Notes under the pieces: model-generated
Told to the model about the DNA's origin: nothing
Seen by the model: only the letters and a program-made list of their open reading frames with translations
Database searches by the model: none
NCBI GenBank assembly: GCA_019658985.1
Contig: JAIFWS010000001.1
Span: 1-31,110, forward strand
From: Candidatus Parcubacteria bacterium
GTDB taxonomy: Bacteria; Patescibacteriota; Minisyncoccia; Minisyncoccales; Staskawiczbacteraceae
Reading direction: 5' to 3'
Length of the DNA: 31,110 nucleotides
Made by a program: the position numbers and the translations under genes
Shown here: in pieces, positions 15,942 through 23,944 of the stretch
Layout of the letters: each line of letters starts with the position of its first letter
How positions within the stretch are numbered: position 1 is the stretch's first letter

Positions 15942-16877
15942 ATGTCCGAGCCTGCTGTGTTGGAACTGCCGGCGCTCGACGAGAGCGCTATCGCCACCAT
16001 GTACGAAAGCCCCATCATGACCACGCGTCGGGTGGCGGTGTTCAAGTTCTGCCTCAAGGGCCGCAAGCCCTTGCTCTGCGACCGCATGAGTGGGGGGGCG
16101 TTGGACTCCATCTTCACGGGCCAGAAGCTGGAGATCGCGCCCGACATGCGGATCGAGGAGCGGGCCTGGATGAAGGCCTATGGGCGCAGCTACGAAAAGG
16201 ACGTACCGGTCGGCCCCGCCGTCATCCCCGTCGAGAACCTCTCGGCGGCCCTGGTCGCCGCCGGCTGCGCGATCCAGTACGGCAGCGGCAAAACGGAGAA
16301 GGTCACCTTCTCCACGAAGAACACTTCGTTCTTCGGCATGATCGAGTTCCGCGACGAGCACTTCACCATCTTCGGCCCGGACGGGAAACCGGCCGAGTGG
16401 GTGGTGGACAAGCGGCGCGGCGCGGCCAACAACAACAATGGCAGCGCGGTCTGCATCGTCCGCCCCAAGTGGCCGCGATGGTGCATCGCCGGCTACCTGG
16501 ACCTAAACCTGGACTCCGGCCTCAGTCCCGACAAGGCGCTGGACCTCTTCACCGAGGCGGGCAAGAACCACGGCCTGTGCAGCGCCAGGCCGGGCAACAA
16601 AATGACGTTCGGCATGTACGACGTCACCACGTTCGAGTGGGTGGGGGGCGTGGACCCCAAAACCATCACCGTCAGCGTGGGCAGCAGCACGACGGCGGCC
16701 AAGCCCAAGCGCGCCACCAGCCGCAAAAAGAAGGTTGCCGACGAAGCGCCCGCGCCGGACGCCACTTCGGAGACGCCGGCGGACGCGACGCTCGACGGCC
16801 AAGCCGCGGCCGAGACGCTGGGGCCCGGCACGCCGTTGGGCAACGGCGAAGCGCCCGCCGCCGAAACCCCGCAGTAA
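15942..16877 (+). CDS. Cas7-like RAMP-superfamily protein (candidate guide-binding backbone subunit)
   Basis: RAMP-like motifs: FKFCLKGRKPLL (beta1), AVIPVENLSAALVAAG (cf. Csm3/Cmr4 xIPGSSLKG), VVDKRR...IVRPKWPRW (thumb region) and AGKNHGLCSARPGNKMTFGMYDV (G-rich loop, cf. GLGxxRxxGxGxF). ~70-aa low-complexity tail. SD GGAG. Confidence 0.72.
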   Translation: MSEPAVLELPALDESAIATMYESPIMTTRRVAVFKFCLKGRKPLLCDRMSGGALDSIFTGQKLEIAPDMRIEERAWMKAYGRSYEKDVPVGPAVIPVENLSAALVAAGCAIQYGSGKTEKVTFSTKNTSFFGMIEFRDEHFTIFGPDGKPAEWVVDKRRGAANNNNGSAVCIVRPKWPRWCIAGYLDLNLDSGLSPDKALDLFTEAGKNHGLCSARPGNKMTFGMYDVTTFEWVGGVDPKTITVSVGSSTTAAKPKRATSRKKKVADEAPAPDATSETPADATLDGQAAAETLGPGTPLGNGEAPAAETPQ

Positions 16878-16902
16878 CAACTGATGGGACCAACAACGCA
16901 AT

Positions 16903-16940
16903 GCCGCCAAGAGATTCTATCTCCTGGCGGCTCTTTATTT
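16903..16940 (+). terminator. Terminator after the Cas7-like gene
   Basis: GCCGCCA-AGAGAT-TCT-ATCTC-C-TGGCGGC followed by TCTTTATTT. Confidence 0.7.
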
Positions 16941-16958
16941 ATATGTATTCAGAAATTT

Positions 16959-17321
16959 CTATTTTTCTTCTTCCCTGTTTAATTTTTGCGCTGCTTCGGG
17001 CGTAGAAACCGGTTTGCTGATCAAAAATAATTTTACAATCGCCCACACTAAAAAGTAATATACGAGCAAGGCAACTAGGCAACTCCATTCAATAACGAAT
17101 CCCTGCGATGCAATCCGGGGGAAAATACCTACAAACGGCCCAACCAAGGGCTGGGTCAGATTATAAATCAGATTTACAAAAGGCGAGGCCGGATTAGCGC
17201 CCAATAATCTGAAGATAAAACGTACGACAATCAAGAATTCAACAATGCCAAGTATGTACCACGCAATTTGAACACCCCGGTACAAGGGCTTAGTGGCTGG
17301 AGAATTGTAAGATGATTCCAT
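16959..17321 (-). CDS. YggT family membrane protein
   Basis: LIVVRFIFRLLGANPASPFVNLIYNLTQPLVGPFVGIFP is the YggT signature. Confidence 0.85.
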   Translation of the reverse strand: MESSYNSPATKPLYRGVQIAWYILGIVEFLIVVRFIFRLLGANPASPFVNLIYNLTQPLVGPFVGIFPRIASQGFVIEWSCLVALLVYYFLVWAIVKLFLISKPVSTPEAAQKLNREEEK

Positions 17322-17389
17322 AATCTTAAAGGAAAAGCATTTTAATTATATTAGCTCTTCCATTATCCCCTATCTTCATGAATTTATTA

Positions 17390-18598
17390 TTAAATTCCCG
17401 CGGCGGATTTTATCAAGTTTTTAACCGCGTCAATCGGAATGGCAAAACTGATATTGCTCGACCCCTGCACGGTGGCAACGTTAACCCCCACCACCCGGGC
17501 TTGCAAATCCAACAAGGGACCCCCAGAATTCCCCGGATTAATAGCGGCGTCGGTCTGGATCACTCCCGTCAACGTTTCTACATTACCCGTGCTATCTGAA
17601 GCATTAATCGTCCTGTTTAATCCGGAAACGATTCCTAAAGAAACCGAATTGGAAAATTGCCCCAGCGCGTTGCCGATCGCGATGATCGGCTGGCCTAATT
17701 GCAAGGAAGCAGAATCTCCGAGCGAGATGGCCGGATAACCGCTACCTTCAATTTTTACCACGGCGATATCATTTTGCGCGTCTTTTTGGATGATGCGGAT
17801 CGGCTGCTGGACTCCGCTGGCCAGCGTGGCGGTATACGTGGCCTGGTCATCGAAGACCACGTGCTTATTAGTAACGATATATCCGTTAGGGCTTACTAAA
17901 AAACCTGTCCCCGCTCCCAAGCGCTGCTCCACCATTCTTCCTGTCGGCTGGTACGTCGGCACTTGGAAAAGCCCATTGCCGAAGGGATCCTGGTAGACAA
18001 CCTGGTATTCCGGAACCTGCTTGGTAATCACAATAGAAATCACTGCCGGAGCTGCTTTGCCGATAGCCGCAACTGTCATGTCGCTTTGCGACAGCGGCGG
18101 AGCCACGGTTGGAGCGGTAGCCACCGGTGCCGGATTCTGGACTGGATTTACCGCTGTTGTTTTAAAAGAGGAAAGCAAAGCATTTAATTTTGCGCGCGTT
18201 ACTGGACCCACAGTACCGGTCTGCAAAATCCCGTATTTTGCCTGGAATTTTATAACGGCACTCCGGGTAGCCATGCCAAAAATCGATGTCTCCCGGCCGG
18301 GCGAACCGGATCCCGATACTGCCACCTGGGTTTGCGCGTCACGGTTTAATACCGACTGCAGGCAGACCACGTCCTGGCCGGCGCTCCCTCGTTGTAAATT
18401 TCGGGTGAACGTAATACTGATGCAAGCCGCAGGAGTTCCTTGTGAAAAACCTGTCCCCTGCAACTGGGCTAATTGATTATTTAAAAGATTAAGCTGGTTC
18501 TGAATTTCTTGCAGCGTCGCTCCCTTGACGCTAAAAGGAACCAAAGAAACCGCTATCGCGAGAACGGCCAGAACTTTAGTAATGGTTGTGTTTTTCAT
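17390..18598 (-). CDS. Secreted trypsin-like (HtrA/S1C) serine protease with N-terminal peptidoglycan-binding domain, no PDZ
   Basis: Signal peptide; LQRGSAGQDVVCLQ...FQAKYGILQTGTVGPVTR (PG-binding); catalytic triad VTNKHVV, NDIAV and GNSGGPL. Confidence 0.9.
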   Translation of the reverse strand: MKNTTITKVLAVLAIAVSLVPFSVKGATLQEIQNQLNLLNNQLAQLQGTGFSQGTPAACISITFTRNLQRGSAGQDVVCLQSVLNRDAQTQVAVSGSGSPGRETSIFGMATRSAVIKFQAKYGILQTGTVGPVTRAKLNALLSSFKTTAVNPVQNPAPVATAPTVAPPLSQSDMTVAAIGKAAPAVISIVITKQVPEYQVVYQDPFGNGLFQVPTYQPTGRMVEQRLGAGTGFLVSPNGYIVTNKHVVFDDQATYTATLASGVQQPIRIIQKDAQNDIAVVKIEGSGYPAISLGDSASLQLGQPIIAIGNALGQFSNSVSLGIVSGLNRTINASDSTGNVETLTGVIQTDAAINPGNSGGPLLDLQARVVGVNVATVQGSSNISFAIPIDAVKNLIKSAAGI

Positions 18599-18658
18599 AA
18601 AATTAAAAGTTAGTTGTATTAATTTCAGGACGGTTCTAAAAATTATTTCTTAGAATAG

Positions 18659-19300
18659 TTATTGGTAATTTCTCCCGTCGCCGGTTATCGGTATCCGCTG
18701 GCCCAGGTATTTGGGTTTGGCATTGGTTATCAAGTCAAACATCGCTTTCTCATTGGCGAACACTTCGCGCAGGTAATTGGCAAACAGGATATGCCCGCCA
18801 TCGGCGCTGACCCCGTAAGCATCGATTCCTAATTTCCGGGCAATAAAAACTGCCCGGGGCAAATGAAATGACTGGCTCACAATGAGTACCGAGGAAACCT
18901 GAAAAATATCCCGAGCCCGGTACATCGTACTGTAGGTATCAAATCCGGCGTGATCCAAAAAAATGTCCTGGTCCAATACTCCCTTACTTAAAAGATATCG
19001 GCGCACCGGATCGACTTCATTATAGTTTACCTCGGCGTTATCCCCCGATACCAGAATCTTTTTTATTTTTTTTGTGTTATATAGCTGGATGGCTGTATTA
19101 GTGCGGTCTTTTAAGATCGGGGAAAGCGTAGCATTGGAAATCACTGACGCACCTAATATTATGGCCGCCTCTGCATTAGGAATTTGTGAATTCCTCTGGT
19201 AAATATACGGAGCCGAAAACAGGTGTACTGAAAAATTCACTGTAAACACCACGGCGACAACCAAGAAAATTAGGGCGATGAAAGTATAAAATTTTTTCAT
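18659..19300 (-). CDS. SanA/ElyC/YdcF (DUF218) family protein
   Basis: N-terminal TM, AIILGAS, ILVSGDN, DHAGFDTYSTMYRARDIF, VSQSFHLPRAVFIAR and REVFA. Confidence 0.92.
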   Translation of the reverse strand: MKKFYTFIALIFLVVAVVFTVNFSVHLFSAPYIYQRNSQIPNAEAAIILGASVISNATLSPILKDRTNTAIQLYNTKKIKKILVSGDNAEVNYNEVDPVRRYLLSKGVLDQDIFLDHAGFDTYSTMYRARDIFQVSSVLIVSQSFHLPRAVFIARKLGIDAYGVSADGGHILFANYLREVFANEKAMFDLITNAKPKYLGQRIPITGDGRNYQ

Positions 19301-19410
19301 GGGCTTTTATAATTACTATCTTACCCCTTTTCTTTTTTTATACCAAGGCCGCGGTAAAAATCGCTTAAACAAAAATGCTCGCCCTGATACAATCAGAACG
19401 GGCCTTGCCG

Positions 19411-19749
19411 TCATCCTCCCGCCGGGGTGAAAGCGTTCCAGGGCGGCGGATCTGCTGTTTTTTTATCCGCACGGACCAGATCGCGGATCCTGCCCAGCGC
19501 GATCAGCTCCAGGCTAGGGATACCATCCACCTTCCCGAACACCCAGCCGTGCCACCGGGCGGCTTTCTCGCGGTCCGAGAAGCCTTCCGCCTCACCCATC
19601 ATCCAGAGCAGGTAGGCCGGGAACTGGTCGGGGCGGAAGATCCCTTGGGAAAACAGCGTCCGGTCCGCCTTCTCCATCTGCCGGAGGGCGTTCTCATCGT
19701 ACTCGATGATACGCTGAGAGATCTCCGAAATCGTTCTGGGGTAATGCAT
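19411..19749 (-). CDS. Hypothetical protein (GC-rich, stand-alone)
   Basis: 112-aa ORF with SD GGAG and GC3-biased codons; contains EKAARWHGWVFG. Confidence 0.6.
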   Translation of the reverse strand: MHYPRTISEISQRIIEYDENALRQMEKADRTLFSQGIFRPDQFPAYLLWMMGEAEGFSDREKAARWHGWVFGKVDGIPSLELIALGRIRDLVRADKKTADPPPWNAFTPAGG

Positions 19750-19819
19750 GATCTGTTCGCTCCGAAAAGACTAGGTGACACTGTATCGATCTTACCTGAA
19801 TTTAAAAAATTATCAAACA

Positions 19820-19846
19820 AAAAACCGCCCTTATACGGCGGTTTTT
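19820..19846. terminator. Bidirectional intrinsic terminator after copA
   Basis: AAAAACCGCC-CTTATAC-GGCGGTTTTT. Confidence 0.8.
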
Positions 19847-19854
19847 AAAGTGCG

Positions 19855-22173
19855 TTATATTCTTTTGACCTTAATGCGGAGCGAATTAAATACCACCGAC
19901 ACACTAGAGAACGCCATGGCCAGGCCCGCGAAGATCGGATTCAATAGCCAGCCGAACAACGGAAAAAATAATCCGGCCGCCAGCGGAATTCCCACAAGAT
20001 TATAAATAAACGCCCAAAATAAATTCTGCTTGATTCCCCGCATCGTAATGCGCGAAAGCCTGATAGCTTTGACGATTTTTGAAATATCGCCATAAAGCAA
20101 TGTGATGCCGGCGGTTTCAATGGCAACATCGGTTCCGGTTGCCATGGCAATACCCACATCGGCTTGGGCCAGCGCCGGCGCGTCGTTAACGCCATCTCCC
20201 GCCATCGCTACCAGATTTCCTCCGGCCTGTAACTCTTTGATTTTATTCAGTTTATCTTCGGGTAATATTTGGGCGAACACCTGGTCAATGCCGACCTGCT
20301 TGGCAATTGCACTGGCAGTATTTGCATTATCACCTGTCAGCATTACGGTTTTAATTCCCAGCTTATGCAGATTTTGTATTGCTTCCACTGCTTCAGGCTT
20401 TACCGTGTCGGCAACCATCACCACCGCCACTACCTCTTTGGCTGTCGCCAAGATTACCGGCGTTTTCCCCTGCAATGTTTCCGCTTCAATGCTTTTGGCA
20501 TCAAACTTAATCTTGAGATCAGAAATAAGTTTTATATTCCCCGCGAAATATTCTATTGCCCCAACTATTCCCTTCAACCCCTTGCCCTTTACCGATTCGA
20601 ATTTTTCAACGTCCGCGGCTTCAATTGACTTTTCTTTGGCATATTCCAAAATCGCATGGGCAATGGGATGTTCTGATTTTTTTTCCAGACCCGCAAGAAT
20701 AGAGATGACTTCCGCGTCACCCAACTTCGCCTGCCCTCCGGAGCCTTGGCGAAGGAGGGAATAATTTTTAATTCCGGCAAATTCAGGCTTGCCGCGGGTT
20801 ATGGTTCCGGTCTTATCCATCACCACGGTTGTTACCTTATGGAGCTTTTCCAGTGTTGCGGCATCTTTAATTAAAATCCCTTCGCGAGCTCCCTTGCCCA
20901 CGCCCACGATAATGGCCGTCGGGGTAGCCAGGCCCAATGCACACGGGCAAGCAATCACTAAAACTCCCACAAATGAAGTTAATCCATATGAGAGTGCTTG
21001 GGAAAATCCCAAAAAGTACGTACCCACCGTCAACCACACCGCCAGCGAAACAAAAGCGATCACCAAAACAATCGGCACAAAGACACTGGAAATTTTATCA
21101 GCCAGGGCTTGGATTGGCGCCTTGCTTCCCTGCGCCTCCTGCACCATGGTTACAATGCGCGCCAAAAGAGTCTCGGACCCGACCTTCGTCGCCTTAAACG
21201 TAAACGTGCTATTGGTATTTAAAGTTCCGGAAATTACCGTATCGCCAACATTTTTTTCTTTTGGCATCGGCTCGCCGATTACCAAAGCTTCATCGATAAA
21301 GGAAGTGCCTTCAGTGATAACGCCGTCAACCGGGATTTTTGCGCCAGGTTTTACAATAATCAAATCTCCATGCACCACTTCATTTATAGAAATTTCCGTT
21401 TCTTTTCCGTCGCGGATCACCAGCGCGGTCTTTGCCTGCAGATTCAATAATTTTTCAATTGCATCGCCGGTCTTTAATTTTGACCGTACCTCCAAATACT
21501 TTCCCAGGGCGATAAACGTAATGACCACAATTGTAACGTCATAGTAAGTGTGACTGACGTTGATAAAACGACCCAGCGGTTCTTCAAAAGCAGTAAGGAT
21601 AAAGCTATATAAGAAAGCAACTGACGTTCCGATACCGATCAGTGAATCCATATTGGCTTTGCCATAGCGTAAAAACCGGTAAAATCCCAAGAGATACGGC
21701 TTGCCTACCACAAATAACATATACGTTGCCATGATCGGCAGTAAATGATGAAAGAATTCCGAAACCGCATACGATGGCATTGGCGCTACCTTAAATTGCG
21801 CCAACAAATCCCAACCCATAATAAAAATACTGATAACCGCCAATGGCAAGGCCGACAAAACTAAATTTCTCTGTTTTGCAATTTCTTCCAGCTTTTCTTT
21901 TTTTGCATCGCCCGCCATAGCTTTAGCGAAGGCAGGACTGGCCATATAAACATTTTCCTTGCTTGGAATTATTATCGAATACCCCAATGGCTCTATTTTT
22001 TTAGAAAGATCTTCAGCACTGATTTTTTTCTCATCAAAAGAAACTTTGATGGTTTCTGTGCCATAATTAGACTCTATAGAAACAACCCCCGGGACTTTTT
22101 TAAGTGTTAGCTCGATTACGCTTGCGCACGAAGCACAATGCATGCCTTTTATGCCGTAGGTTTTTGAGATCAT
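19855..22173 (-). CDS. copA: Copper-translocating P1B-type ATPase
   Basis: HMA GMHCASC, CPCALGLATP, DKTGTIT, SEHPIA, GDGVNDAPAL, and P1B-1 motifs YN..GIP and MAFSS. Confidence 0.95.
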   Translation of the reverse strand: MISKTYGIKGMHCASCASVIELTLKKVPGVVSIESNYGTETIKVSFDEKKISAEDLSKKIEPLGYSIIIPSKENVYMASPAFAKAMAGDAKKEKLEEIAKQRNLVLSALPLAVISIFIMGWDLLAQFKVAPMPSYAVSEFFHHLLPIMATYMLFVVGKPYLLGFYRFLRYGKANMDSLIGIGTSVAFLYSFILTAFEEPLGRFINVSHTYYDVTIVVITFIALGKYLEVRSKLKTGDAIEKLLNLQAKTALVIRDGKETEISINEVVHGDLIIVKPGAKIPVDGVITEGTSFIDEALVIGEPMPKEKNVGDTVISGTLNTNSTFTFKATKVGSETLLARIVTMVQEAQGSKAPIQALADKISSVFVPIVLVIAFVSLAVWLTVGTYFLGFSQALSYGLTSFVGVLVIACPCALGLATPTAIIVGVGKGAREGILIKDAATLEKLHKVTTVVMDKTGTITRGKPEFAGIKNYSLLRQGSGGQAKLGDAEVISILAGLEKKSEHPIAHAILEYAKEKSIEAADVEKFESVKGKGLKGIVGAIEYFAGNIKLISDLKIKFDAKSIEAETLQGKTPVILATAKEVVAVVMVADTVKPEAVEAIQNLHKLGIKTVMLTGDNANTASAIAKQVGIDQVFAQILPEDKLNKIKELQAGGNLVAMAGDGVNDAPALAQADVGIAMATGTDVAIETAGITLLYGDISKIVKAIRLSRITMRGIKQNLFWAFIYNLVGIPLAAGLFFPLFGWLLNPIFAGLAMAFSSVSVVFNSLRIKVKRI

Positions 22174-22187
22174 AAGTTTGCGCTACA

Positions 22188-23567
22188 TTAATTAACGACT
22201 TGGATATTTCCCCGGACCATTCCCATAGGACAGGTAAACTTATAGTTGCCTGCGCTCTGCGGCGTAAATTCCGCAACCGTTACTTTGCCCTTATTCGGAT
22301 CCAGATACACCGACCCGCCCGGCAGAAGATTGGAAACCAGCGCTCCGGCATCACAGCCTGGCTCGCCCGATGAAGTGATTTCCCAGCGCACCGGAACTCC
22401 AGCTTTTACTTTGAAAGAACCTGGCTCATACGTAACTGACCGCACGGTCATTTGCAATAACTGCTTGCCGTCAACCATCGGCGCCAAACCGATCGCATTT
22501 TGGCTTTGCGTCTGGCTCTGATTATTCAAAGTGAGACTACCCAAACCGAATCCCAAAACATCCATCTGGTTTGAAATATTAAACAGAGCAAAAAATAATA
22601 CTAAAAATCCGGCGACTTTGGAAAAAGTAAGCGATAGATGCGGCCGGGAGAAAAATGTTGTGCTGGATAATCCGATTAGCAAAAGCACCGGGGCGGTGCC
22701 CAAGGCGAAAGCTCCCATGATCAAGGCTCCCTGCATGGCGCTACCCGTCAATAAAGCAATTGTCTGGGCCGTAATCGTAAATCCGCACGGAAGCAGGAAT
22801 GTTAGACCCCCCATCACCAACGGCATGTATTTCCCTTTGAAATTATTTTCGTTGGCTACATAACGGGTTATAAATTTGGGCATCGAAAACTGGAATCTGG
22901 AAAATCCTTTTACTTCCAGCATTTGGAGCGCGAGGCCCATCATGAAAATAGAAACGGCGATGACTAAAAATGCTACAAAGCCCAGTGATATTTGCAAACG
23001 GCTGCCAATCAATCCCAATAATGCGCCGCCTAGCGCATAAGAAGCGACCCGACCAATATTAAATAATATATGGGGTTGGAATTTTTTGTAGGAATTTTGT
23101 TCATCGGCATAAAGCTCGTGCCATTGCTTTGACATCGATAGAACGATTCCGCCAACCAATGCCGCGCAGCTGGAAAGGCCGGCCAGTAATCCGAATCCAA
23201 AAAAGGCAAGCAGTGATGAATTAGATCCGACATTTAAAAAGGCGGAAAGGCCGGCTCTATCCAACAACAAGAATGCGATGACAACAAAAATAGCGATGAT
23301 AAATCCAAGAAGCGTCTTATTAATTGGCTTGCCTTCTTCAGATAATTCCTGCTTTTTAACTTCGGAAAACGTATAATTATCTGGTTTAAAAATGGCGTTT
23401 AAGACATGCACATTAGGCTGCTGGCCTTCGTACTCAATCACGGCTTGGCCTTTGCCGGTTGAAGCCTGAACGGACTTCACCCCGGGAACTTCCAGCAACT
23501 TCTTTTCAATTAATACTTCACAAGCCGCACAGTGCATCCCTTTTATATAATATGTTTTTTCCTGCAT
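22188..23567 (-). CDS. HMA + DsbD/TauE-like TM + cupredoxin-like domain protein
   Basis: GMHCAAC, SSCAALVGG, FNIGRVASY, LLPCGF and C-terminal YKFTCPMGM. Confidence 0.88.
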   Translation of the reverse strand: MQEKTYYIKGMHCAACEVLIEKKLLEVPGVKSVQASTGKGQAVIEYEGQQPNVHVLNAIFKPDNYTFSEVKKQELSEEGKPINKTLLGFIIAIFVVIAFLLLDRAGLSAFLNVGSNSSLLAFFGFGLLAGLSSCAALVGGIVLSMSKQWHELYADEQNSYKKFQPHILFNIGRVASYALGGALLGLIGSRLQISLGFVAFLVIAVSIFMMGLALQMLEVKGFSRFQFSMPKFITRYVANENNFKGKYMPLVMGGLTFLLPCGFTITAQTIALLTGSAMQGALIMGAFALGTAPVLLLIGLSSTTFFSRPHLSLTFSKVAGFLVLFFALFNISNQMDVLGFGLGSLTLNNQSQTQSQNAIGLAPMVDGKQLLQMTVRSVTYEPGSFKVKAGVPVRWEITSSGEPGCDAGALVSNLLPGGSVYLDPNKGKVTVAEFTPQSAGNYKFTCPMGMVRGNIQVVN

Positions 23568-23571
23568 AGGT

Positions 23572-23847
23572 TTATTTATTAAATAAATTGGTCACTTTCA
23601 ATATTTCCTGCGTCATCTCCCGTTTCTTTCTTTCATCATTACTTCCCATAGCATTTTTAAAACACATATTAAGATGGTTCTCCATCAACATCTGATGCGC
23701 GGATTTTAAAAGCCCCAGCACCGCCAGATTCTGTTGCATAATATCAACGCAATAGACATCCTGCTCCACCATTCCAATAATTTTTGAAATGGAGCTTTGT
23801 GCTTTTTTGAAATTGACCAGTGCTTTTTTCTTATTCTCTGGAATCAT
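23572..23847 (-). CDS. csoR: CsoR/RcnR family metal-sensing repressor
   Basis: MVEQDVYCVDIMQQ...LMENHLNMCF gives the Cys/His/Cys ligands; first gene of the copper operon. Confidence 0.9.
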   Translation of the reverse strand: MIPENKKKALVNFKKAQSSISKIIGMVEQDVYCVDIMQQNLAVLGLLKSAHQMLMENHLNMCFKNAMGSNDERKKREMTQEILKVTNLFNK

Positions 23848-23863
23848 GTTGTATGGTTATTTA

Positions 23864-23916
23864 ATACCTACCCCCCAGGTATACCTTAAGTGTACTCTCC
23901 TAAAAATTCTTGTCAA
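23864..23916 (-). promoter_or_regulatory. Copper operon promoter with CsoR-type operator
   Basis: Minus strand TTGACA (23916-23911), 16 nt, TACACT (23894-23889). Operator ATACCT-ACCCCCC-AGGTAT (23864-23882), an inverted repeat around a G/C tract typical of CsoR sites. Confidence 0.8.
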
Positions 23917-23944
23917 ACTAAAAACCGCCTACAGGGGTAGGGCG

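Larger units (their letters stand above)
8911..16940. other. Candidate RNA-guided system island: three hairpin/pentamer arrays, DinG helicase, CSD-domain protein and Cas7-like RAMP
   Basis: Co-localised features listed below. Island CDSs are GC-rich with strong SD sites, unlike the flanking host genes. The island is bounded by terminators at both ends. Confidence 0.8.

Noticed and set aside
8955-16877. Canonical type IV-A CRISPR-Cas call (DinG + Cas7 + array)
   Set aside because: No Csf1/Cas8, Csf3/Cas5 or Cas6 is recognisable. The repeats are only ~16 nt and highly degenerate, and the spacers are periodic and 44-70 nt long.
8880-16960. att sites or target-site duplication at the island borders
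   Set aside because: No convincing direct repeat was found by eye, so the island is not called a mobile element.
11053-17005. Long antisense or alternative-frame ORFs over island genes (11827..12612 +, 14792..15784 +, 16397..17005 +, 15924..16361 -)
   Set aside because: Shadow ORFs typical of GC3-rich genes. The opposite or overlapping frames carry the recognisable motifs, SD sites, promoters and terminators.
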